Origin: a virus
Strand: one strand, 5' to 3'
DNA length: 64,000 nucleotides
Virus record (IMG/VR): IMGVR_UViG_3300021960_000062
Coordinates: 2,939 to 66,938 of that record
The stretch's first letter is position 1; each line of letters opens with the position of its first letter. Made by a program: the position numbers and the translations under genes. The notes under the pieces were generated by a model. It had not been told where the DNA came from, ran no database searches, and worked only from the letters and a program-made list of their open reading frames with translations. Positions 1 through 12,000 of this stretch are shown piece by piece.

Positions 1-3000
1 ATCCTGCGCCAACTGAGAATGTAGCACCTTGTACAATTACTCCGCCATAATCCATGCCTGTAACTAACTGTGAATAATCAGTAGTAATTTCGCCGCCGTT
101 GTCAGGAACGTCTTTATCAATACCTAACATTCCATCAGTTGGTTTATAATACTTGTCAATTCTGTTTAAGCTATCAAGTATTTCATCATTCTTTTCATAT
201 CTAATAGTAATATTAGATCCTTCTGATGCTGGCGTAAGTAGGGTTAATCTTCCTTTAAGTACAGTTAATCCATTCACTAACTTAGTAAACAGTGTAATTG
301 TATAATCACTAGCAAATTGTTGCTGATTATCTACAAAAACTGTGATAGAACTCTTGTCTAATGTACTTGGATACTTCAATTCAAAAGTTGTTAATCTTCC
401 TGTTCCAGCAAACGACTCAGTTTCAATAAATCTTTCGTTAGCACTATACGATTTAAATGTTGGTGTTTTGCTAAATCTATCAAATTTAATAGTATTGTGG
501 AAAAGTCTTGCTTTACTCTTACCAATTCTAGCAACAGCCTTAGCACTAAACTGTGTTTGTGTACCAACACCGCCTACTAATTCAATTGTAGGAACACTTG
601 TATAGCCTTGACCGCTATCAAGTAGAACAATTTTAGTAACTTTTCTATTTGAAATATATGCTTTGGCTTTTGCTCCACTACCGCCGCCGCCTGTAAATAT
701 TACCTGAGGAGCAGTTGAATACGTACTGCCTTGTTCTGTAAGTATAATATCTGTAACTTCAAACTTATAATTGTTAAACCAAGTATTCCAAGGTTGTAAA
801 TCAATCTCATCATCGCCTAGTTTTACAGGATTAATTGTATTTGTAGTTGTATTGTATACCGGAGGAAGATCAAAATCTGATATTGTTGTATTTGTATTTT
901 CTAGATTTTGATATCTGCTTGTATAGTTTCTAATTTTAGTTCTATAAGGCTTAACTTCTTCAATGTATGCTTGATAAGCCGCTAAATTATCACTACGGAA
1001 ATTTAATTTTTGTTGTAAGTATCCAACATTGTGTATAGCATTTAAGAAACTTGTCTTGAATGCCCAATCAATATATAACTGTTCACTAAACACATAGTGA
1101 ATATTTACAAAGAATAATTTGTTCCAGTACCCGGCTAATTCATCTACAAATATGTCATACTTCATAGCGTTTAGAATGTTTCTAAACTCTTTTGCCGCAC
1201 TTGTATCATAACGGTTACTGTCATATGTTTGTGTTTTATCATAACCGGTTGATTCAATCTCTGTATTATAAAACTTGTTAATAATACGAATAGTACCTTG
1301 TTGTCTACCAACTAACTTAAACTTACCTTTAATAGTTGCTCCTTGTGAAACACGTTGTAGCACAGCCCAACCACCAGAACCATAATCGTCTAATCTCAAT
1401 AACTGGTTGTCTTCTAGGTCAACTTCTTGCTCAGCATACAGTCCCGGAAGCGTTTGAATAATTCTAGATTCTTCAGAAAATCCAGGTGCCCACCAATCGA
1501 TATATTCCCAATATTTCGTAGTGTCATATTCTTGTGTAGCAACTCTATAAAATTCTTGCTCTCTAACACTCCATGAGTATATACTCCAGAATCCATTAAC
1601 TGTGCTATCTCTTTCAACAAGTATACTGAAAGATCTAACAATAGGATTAGCAGTTAGATATTTCTTACCTTGATTAGTTACAGTTACACTTGATATTCTA
1701 CCAAAACTATCAATAGTTGCTTCGGCCGTTGCTCCTTCACCTTCACCTCTAATAGTAATAAGAGGAGCAGACTTGTATCCAAAACCAGGATCAACAATAT
1801 CAATTGTATTAACATGTCCGTTAATAATATTTGCTGAGAGCACAGCATCTTTAATTGTAGGTTTTGCGTAGAACCTTAATTCTTGTTCTGTATCAATACT
1901 TAAATCATATAGTCTTTTAACTGTACTAGGTTTTTCATCAATCAAATTTAGATAACCGTAGTCAATTTCATCAGCTAATGGTAAAGTATACAAAGCATCA
2001 TTAATAAATGTAATAGTCTGTTCTACTGCTTTATTTCTGTTTACAAATATAGTTTGTCTTGGTCTACTTTCGATACCATATTTGTTTTTATCTGATAAAT
2101 TAGGATCAGGAATTTGGTTACCAAGAACATCGCTACCAACTAAACTATCAATCCATTTTCTTTCTAAATCTTCATTAGGATTCTTTGTACTTTCTTCAGT
2201 TGTAAGAACATATTCGTTGTGTATTAAATTAATATCAGTACCATTTTTATAAAACTGTACGTTAACACTAAATTCATCAGTATCTAACAAAGTTTTAAGA
2301 TTACTTAATGTAATTTTATCTTTGTCAATAACAAACGCAAACGGAACTCCAGCATTTTGTGGATTTACAATGTAATCAGCAACCTGACTAGACGCAAGTG
2401 TCTTAGAACTATTTGTTTCTGTTGTTTGCTTATTCTTAACCCAGTAATAATAAAGTGTTTTAGAAACATTTCCGGATATTGGATCAACTTTTCTTTTTAC
2501 ACTATAAACAGTATCGTCAGGATATAACGGATTACCTGTAATTGTTGGATCATCTCCGTTAGCAAGTTCTGCCCATTGACTTGGTTTTAATGTAGATTCA
2601 ATCCATTGATAAGCGTCTATTGAACTTCCTTGAGCAAAAGAATTCCAATTACCGTTTCTAAATACAACATCACCTTGTTCATAGACAAGATATTTGACTT
2701 TTGACGTATCCCACCAAATTCTACCAACTTGTTTTTCAGTCCAATGTTGAGACTCATCTTTTGTTGTTAATTCTTCATTGTTTGATTCTGTATATACAGC
2801 AGGATCAAAAGGTGTTTTAAAGTCAATGTTTTGTTCAACAATACCAAGTAACTTTCCTTTGAATGTATCTACAACATCTATATCGGCAATTTTTGTATAA
2901 GTGTCTTTTTGGTATGCCGCAAGTGTTCTAATCTTACTAATGTCAACTTGGTTAGTTTGATTTCTTATAACTGTCCACGGTTTTACACCATCTAGTTTCT

Positions 3001-6000
3001 CAAATTTTTGTATTCTACCAATCACTACTTCAGTAAATGCCGGATCATCTGACAAGTAGCTTGGTGAACCAACAATAATAGTATTATTACTTGTAGCTAA
3101 TGAACGACCAAAGTCTTCATTAAAACTTAAATTATCTTCAAATATTTCTCCAAGTACCCACTTTCCGCCGTATTCGTTGAAAACAAATACTTTACCAGTA
3201 GTACCTATTGGATCAGCAAAACTAGTAGTAAGTCTATCAAATCTAGTTTCATCTTTATCAAATGTAGTAATCTCAAATGTTTCTGCTCCTTCAGCAGATA
3301 CTGCTAAAGTTTTTCCATCTGGAGAAATACTTAAATTTGATCCAAATCTTTCTTCATAGTCATTTGTATTAGATTGTATTTTTTGTGTGAATACAAATTT
3401 ATTTGATTCCCATCCGAATATAAAAACAGATCCTTGATCTTTTTCATTTTTATCTGAATTAGGTGATCCTACAAATAGTGTAGTACCGTCTGATGAAACA
3501 GTAACTTTTTCACCAAAAGCATCTCCAGGATTCAGACCTGGTATATTGCTCTTGTTAATTTCTTGAATGAATTCAAAAACTCTGTTTTCGTTTTTCTTAT
3601 AGACAAACACAACACCTGTTCTCGGCGTTCCTGTATTTTGTACTTCAATCCATTTGTTGTCAATTTCAGGAGCATCATTGATACTAGTTAGACTTGAATC
3701 ACTATCAAGTTGGTAGTACTTGTTATTTCTTCTAACAACGTCACCCTGAATATAAGTTTCAGTAGTTCTCCATACGCCTCTATAATTTTCAAAGTTTGAT
3801 GTATCAGCATAAGGAGCACTTGAAACTAATACAGAACCATCATTAGTCATTGCTATACTTGTGCCGAACTTATCTCCAATGTCTATATTTTCAATTTGAT
3901 CATCTGTTGTGCCTTGCTCTAAAGAGGAACCGTCGTCAACATAAGCATATACATTTGGCACAATATCTCTGTTAACTGTATTTGTTGCCTCCCAAGAATC
4001 GCTTACATCTGGAGTAATTACTCCGTTTCCTGTGAAGAATTCTTTTGCTTTATAGTAAGAACTTCCATACCAAACAATACTACCTTGTACATAACTTCTA
4101 TTAATATCAAAAAGTCCTACAAAATTAGTATCTTGTAATAGCGTCCACTTGATTCCATTGTATTGGTATAGATATACTTTACCTCTATCATCCCTACTTC
4201 CTGGAGCAGAAATTGCTAGGTAATAACTTTCATCAACAGCACCGAGCGCCGTTCCGAGGATTCTAATTTGATCACCTACAACATATCCTAAACCTGCTAC
4301 ACTAATTGATGCTTCGTATGCTCCTGCTTTTCTTTCAATATTAAAAATAGCACCTGTTCCAGGATTTGATACGTCTTCGGGTGTAACATCTAAAAATGTT
4401 CCGCTACCAGGTCCCGGAATGCCTTTATAATCAATGCCAATTGCGGCAGTACCTGTATAACTGAAGAATTGAATTTCACCTTCTCGTTTTGTAGGAAATG
4501 GTCCTACATCGCCGTTGTCCGAAACTTGATTAATTCTAATTGTAATATCATTATCTGGTGAAACACCTCCTACGGTGTTACCAGGTATAACAATAGTAGT
4601 ACCTGAAGTGTATGTGATTAAGTTACCCTGATTATCTTTTTCATCCCATGGTACCCAGTTTCCTGTGCCAAATAATTGATTAGCAGGATCACTAATATAT
4701 TCTACACTAAATGGAAATCCTTGTACCTGTTCCCAATACTCTGGTGATCTATCAGGAAAAATTGTTTCGTATGAACTGTATGCGGTACTGTCAGTTCCGG
4801 GTTCGACGCCTGTAACTGTTTTTAATACATTCCAATACTGTGAACTATTAGCAGGATACTTAACTACATCGCCTGAGTCATAAGTAGCTGTTGCTGACCA
4901 AACACCTTTATCAATGTTTGTATCCTTTATACAGGCATAAAAGAAAGCCCCATATCTAACTATACTACGCTGTTTGTAACCATCACCGGGCTGTACTTTA
5001 ACAGCACCGTCCTGTCTTAATCTAACATTATAAACATCTTTGTTTTTTGTAATTGTAAATAGAGCTGTTTCACTAACTGGTGTACTTAAAATACCTGTTA
5101 TATTGTTAAATGTATCTGAACCTAAAATTGTTCCGTTCTCATCTACTGCTCTTACAGTAATTACAATGTCATTATTTGAAATTCCAGTTGCTGGTTGACC
5201 GCCTACTCTGGTACCTTGAATATAAAGTTGATCTCCAACAGTATATCCGGTTCCGCCGTTACGTACTTCAATGTCGTATATAGGTGTTCCTGTAGATCTA
5301 GTAACATCAAATGTAGCATTAACACCTTCACTACTTACATCAACTCCGCTAACGTTCTCAAATACTTGATCATTTAATCCGCTAGTTCCGTTTGCTTTAA
5401 CAGAAACAATCCCGCCAGCATTGTCAATTTCATTTACAGTTAAAGTTACGTCACCGCTTGTTCCTTCAATGCCTTCTAATTTTCCAATTGCTATTGAATT
5501 ACCAAAATATTCTCCGTTGCCTTGTCTTGGGCTTACCAAACTATTTCTTAGTGTCCATTGTCCGTTTGAATACTCGTAGATATCAACTCCACCCTGTCTA
5601 GCATAACCTTTGTTTGCTAAGAATAAATCTGCTCCAAGTGGATTGGCTTGAGGCAATTCTACTGGTTTCCAATCTTGTGACGAAAGATCAATAGTACTTC
5701 CGTCGCCAAATACTCTAGTAGTTGCTTCATATAACTTTCCGTTATAAAGCACAATGTCGCCTGGTTCGTAATTCGCACCAGGGTTGAATTTTTCTTGATA
5801 GTTACTTGGGATGTAACTTGCTTTAGGTGATCCAACAACTAACCAACGACCATCTTTACTTGCTGTAAGTACTTCAGCATACGCTCCAAGATATGAAGTT
5901 TGTAATCCGCTTTTAGGTGCTAAGATTTGTAAAGGTATAAGTCCTGTTTCTCCATCGGAGTAGACTATAACAGCTGAATCTCTAATAACATCGCCGCTGA

Positions 6001-9000
6001 AAACTGGAGCGCCTGGGTTACCAACAATAGTTTGATTTAATTCTGGTACAAAAGTAACAGCACTACCAGTCCCTGTTGGGAAAGCAACACCATATTCTGA
6101 AATCTGTGTTACTTGATATTGTTTGTTTCTTTGTACAACTTCCCAGTTATTGTTATCTTCATTTTGATCAATAAAGACTTTAGAACCTACTGGTAACTTA
6201 GAAAATCCTTTATTAACTAGTTCTTCGTATGATGCTACTCTCACACTTTCAAAATAACTTACAAACGCAAAAGAACTTTCGTCAACTTGCGGTGCTTCTC
6301 TAAATCCAGAAATAGCAATTACTATTGTAGTAGGAGTGATCTCTGCTACTTGATAGAATCCTGTTAACCCTAGAATTCCATTTAATCCAACTATCTGACC
6401 TATAGTAAAATTATGAACTCTATTTGTATTAAGAACAATTCTATCAACATCAGGTGCCTCTGCTGTAACAATTGATACATTACTAACAACATATCTATAA
6501 ACATTCCAACCGCTGGTTTCGAATGTAGTCCAAATGTTATCGCCCTGTTTAAACTGATCAATTGATGTTTCGTTTGTTAGTAGTTCTTGTAGGTTATTTC
6601 TTATAAACTGAACATCACTGCTGAATATATACCCTGCTGAATTTTTAGGAACTTCAAAACGTTTTGTTGGAAATGTAAAACTAGTATTAGCTAATTGATA
6701 ATCATTATCATTAAGTAAAATATAGTTTTGGAAATCGACTATATCAAATTGTTTTCCGTTAAGTAAAATAGGTTGCGGATTTAATTTAAAGTCACTTACT
6801 TTTAAATCAAACTCTGCTTCGTCAATTTGATCGGTTCCGCCCACAGATCCTAATCTAAATGCCCATTCTTCATCAAGAACAATTTTATCATCACTAACTG
6901 TGCTTACTTTATCAAACACTTTTTTGATTGCGTTGTTAGTGCCTTTTTCTCTACTAAAGCCTTGATATAATTTAAATTGAGAAACTGTATCTTCAGCAAT
7001 TTCTTGTAGGTATTCTCTTGCTTGGAAACCCACTGTATGTTTTGCTAATTCTTTTTGATTTGAATTTATGCCTTCGATACTTGTTTCATAATAATCTTCA
7101 ATTTGATTAATTCTAAAATCAAAGTTAGCTACCAAGCCCGACTCAGGAAGATTATCTAGTAAATCCCAAAAAGTTCTATCAAACTTTTCAGCTCCTCGCT
7201 GGAACTTTTTACTCACATAATAGAACTCTTTGTACTGTACAATGTCTCCTATTCTATAATCTGTAAACTGCTTCCATGGAAGAATATTGACTTTATCAAA
7301 AACAAATCCTGGACTTGTATAATTTCCGTCCCAGTCAACAGTTCTAAATCCTTTACTCTTAATTCTTTCTTGTCTGTATCCAGCACCTTTATCAAATAGT
7401 ACATCATTGAAAACTGTTTTATCTGAAAAGATTGTAACATGCTCTTTTTGAACATAATTTATTTCAGCAAAATAAATTCCTTCGTTGTCGTTTTCTGGAG
7501 CAATTAAAAGTTCATTAATTCCTCTATAAACATCAATGTTAGTTGCTTCGATTTTAGTTCCGTCTGCTTTAAGAATATTGTAATCATAAAAACTATCAAG
7601 AACACTATCTGCTACCGAACCAATATTTTCAAATTTCAGTAATGTTGCGCCTGGACTTACAGATAAAATACTTCCTTCGGCCCAATTATGTGTGGTCCAG
7701 AATAAAAATTCTTTTACTGATGTTTCCCAGTTCTGTACAACACCTAAATCTTGATTATACTGATCAAACACCATTCCTTGACTTTCTAAAAATGACCCGT
7801 AGCCTAAGAGAAAATCAACCACCGACTGTATATTATCAAATACAGTATCGTAGTTTAATGTAAGTCTATCAACTTGATTAAACCGAGTTCTTTTTATTGC
7901 TCTTGCTCCACCAACAACAGGTACTTCGTCTATCTGTTTCCAAAGTGCTGGATCAAAGAGATCGCCTGATTGGTGGGCTTGAATAGCTCTGAAAAATTGA
8001 TTTTGTCTTCTAATCAAAGAGCCTTTAATATAAAAAGATTCTGGTGCCCATTCTACGAAAGATTCGCTTACGCCGCCAATGTCTAATACAGGATCATTTT
8101 GTTGAGCAAAGAAACTATAATAGTTAAAGATAGCATTGAGCTGATCATATCCTGATACTTTATAACCGCCTGCTACTTTTTCAACAAGTACACCACTGTA
8201 TCGTGTAGTGAACAACGGCGAGCTGGTATTGAAGAAAATCTCATAGTTTTCAGACGGAATAAAAATTCCTGTTTGTTTACTTTGCGGATTTTTACTATCA
8301 AGTAGATATTGCTGTTGAGACTTATCAACAAATCCTTTCATTCTAGTGCTTAATTGTAAATCAAAATTACTGTATATTTCTAAAACATCTTGCTTTGTTC
8401 TAGCATTTGATTTCAGATAGTTTACAACATATGATAATAAGCCTTCTGGTCGAGAATTACTATTCAACGATTCTACAATATCAGTAACCGTTAAAAATGT
8501 GTTAGTAGTTTTACTAACAAATTGTCCTACTTTATTTTTTTGAAAAATATTTCTATCTAAATTTAAACTAATTGTTTCAAACGGTGTTAGTAAACATGCC
8601 GCTATTAATTGAGCATAAGAATAAACACTGCTTCTGCGCCATGCTGATTCAACCGGTGATATATCACCAAAAGTAAAATCATCTTGATAGTTTGTAGAGT
8701 AGTCAACTATGATGTTGGCTTCAAGCGGGGAAATTAAATTTCCATCAGCATCAACAGGTAAAAGTTGTAGCAAATATGGTCTAGTATATCTTTTATGCTT
8801 ACCTTGTCTTTCGCCTTGTCTAATAATACCATCTCTGAGATCTTCCCATAAAATTAAATTATTTGATGTATACGGAGCTGTTCCGTATTCACTATCCCAC
8901 CAAGTTGGCTTGATTGTAAACCCTAGCATTTCCCATGGAGTTCTGTGTGGTGTTTGTGTGTCAAACAAATATTGATACACACCTCTCCAATGTTTAGGTA

Positions 9001-12000
9001 ATTGTTCCTGTCTTAAAATATCTAAGTTTTTATTATATGTCCATGTAAACTGGTTATCTTGATCATAATATGAGTTTTCATAAATGTCAATATTTTTGAC
9101 CAACGGCCATCTTAAGAATTCTAATTCTAAGATATCGTCAACTTGTTTTTTAGTAAATGTACCAGTTTTATCCCAGCCACTAAACAAGTTATCAATATCT
9201 AAAATTTCAGGATTATATTTTTGTTTAATATTGTTATAAATTCTTTTTTCAAATTCTAATAATAGTAAATCTCTAAAATCATCATAAGCAACAGTGATAC
9301 TACCGTCATGCCCTCTAATTATTTTCTGAGGTGAAGCAAAGGTATCATCTACATACATCTCAGGAACATAAGTTTTTGTTAAACCAAGACTTGCCGGTGT
9401 TTCAGGAATGTAATTGTATGATGTAGAATAAAATTCTTTTATTTCTAGTAAGTCATTTTCATTGAGATCTCTAATAACTCTTACAAAACTAAACTCACTA
9501 TCAAACACATAATCAATTCCGTGTATCAATTGTACATTATTAAGATACAAATATACTGCTTTTGTTGACGGTGTAGTTAAATCAAACTTTTCTGACAATG
9601 AAAATGTTTTAATACCTGTATCTTCAACTGTATACTTTGAAACTTTGTTTGCTCCACTACCGATCATATCGCTATTAACAAACGGACTTGAATCAGGTTT
9701 CGCATTGCTTATTTTAGATACAATTTGATCAAGGAAACTAATTACATCTTCACCACCAAAAGGTAGTGTAGTAGACAGTTTTATTAAATTACTTTTATAA
9801 TTTTCATATTCTCTGGCCGCATATCTTATTGATTTAATAATGTTTACATTTTTATCGCATAATAGAGGTAAAGAACTTGATGCTACTGAGGTATATTTTA
9901 CAAATCTCTGTCCTTTATTTTGGTAGTTTGAAATATCTCTAAGATTACTTGTTCCGGGAAATATACCAACAAAATCATTTGAATAATTAACCATTGATCG
10001 CAAATGATCTGTTGCTTGTCCTAATGTAAATGTTTTTAATTCTTGGTTTAATGGATTTCTTTCTAAACTTTTAGGAAATTCATAAAATCCTAAATTAGGT
10101 TCATCATTTGAAAATACCTTAAGAGTTACTGTATCGCCTTCAGTAAATTTAGTATTATCAAATTTAAAAGTTCTTTTGCCTTCAACAGTAGAAACTATTG
10201 TATAAGAATCTCTAATAAAGTTTCCATTATTATAAAAGTACAAATTAGCATCTACTGAGCTAATCCAATCTATATTAGAAAAAATAACTTCAGAAGTTTC
10301 TTCAGATAAAGTATAAGTTTGAATTATTCCCTGATCAAATACCGGATCGCTTGGAATATACAAATTATGAAAACTTACGTTGTCTAGTGTTTCGGTTGTT
10401 TTAATATAACCTGAGTTAATTTTCTTTGATTTGTTTTCAGCACTAACTTGATAGGTAAAACTATCTACATCCCAGTCTGAATTAAATTCTATATCACCAC
10501 TGTTGTTTAAATTCTGATACGCAATAGAAAAACCTAATTCTTTATCAACAGGCCCTGAGCCAGGTTTATAAGATAATAAGTTACTTCCAGCAAAACTTGA
10601 AGTTTCATATTTTGTATTATCAGTAAAACTTACTTCGTCGTCATCAAATATATCAAATTTAGGAGACTGATTTACAGAATCTTTTGTTTGACTCCTAATC
10701 CAATTTTCACCATCGAAGTGATACATCAAACCGGCATTATTTTTACCAAATTTAATAATTACACATTCGCCCTTAGATGTATTAGAATCATCTGCTTCAA
10801 CTAAGGCAATTTGTTTATTGTCAGCAGTATTGTTTGCTTGAATAACAATTTTCTTTACAACAAAAATTTTATTTTTAACTAGCGGATCATTGTCTGCTGT
10901 AAAAATAATTCTTGCTCCGTCAAAAACGTCAACATTATCAATATTATAACCTGCTGTTCCTTCGATAGTACTGAAAACATCAGTAGTAAAGTCGTCAATA
11001 AAATCAACACTTTGTTTAGCTATCGATCCATGATTTATCAGTTGGATGTTAGAACTAAACTCAATAATAGGGCGTTTAGCTCTTGACTGTTCGTTAATTT
11101 TAGACGCTACATTATTAATACTAGCACTGTAATCTATAACATCTCTATGGAACCATTTATTATAACGACTCCATGGATTCCGATCTTTGCTTGATCTGTT
11201 AATTGTAATATAGTCTTTGTTAGAAGGAAAACTTACAGCATCATCAAAAGGAAGTTCGTCCCAACCTCCATCGTCAAATAAAACGTCTACATCGTCATTT
11301 TTTACAGGTGGTAAATCTAGTTCTTGAAAATTAATTAATCTAATCGATGTACTAACACCGTCAACTAACCAGTCGCCTTGAGCATACTTTTCTGGAGTAA
11401 CATTACCAGTAAAGTTTATCTTTAAACCGTTACTAAACTTTACATTATTAGCACTTGTATAGTTTAGTTTTCCAATGATCTCTGCTTCTACATCAATACT
11501 TGTATTTTCATCAACAGAAGCTATTCTAAACATGCCAACCCTATCAATATTATTTCCGCTCTGATAATATAATAAGTCAGGACTGTTATTTGGAACAGTA
11601 AATGAAACTGTGCCAACTTCTATTCCATTATTAGTAACACCGGTATTATAATTTGCTAGATCTCCTTCAGTGGGGTTTCTTCTAATATAAAAAGGATCAC
11701 CAGGAGTGTTTACATTGAAAATATATGTTTGACCTCTATATAAAAGTAAACTTGGATTAGGTGTAAGGCCATCTGGATAAAACAAAAACTCGTCATCACT
11801 TTGACTACGAACTCTATATTCAGATATAACATCTTGTGCCTGTCCAGAAATACTAATTGTATCTGGTCCTTGAGGAAGCCAATAATATTCTCTGTAATTA
11901 ATAAACTTGTCCCAGTCAATGGGAGGATTCCAACTATAACTTCTTATAGATGTTGTAAGATCGTCTCTTTCGTTGTTATTGTTAAAAAACTTTAATTGGC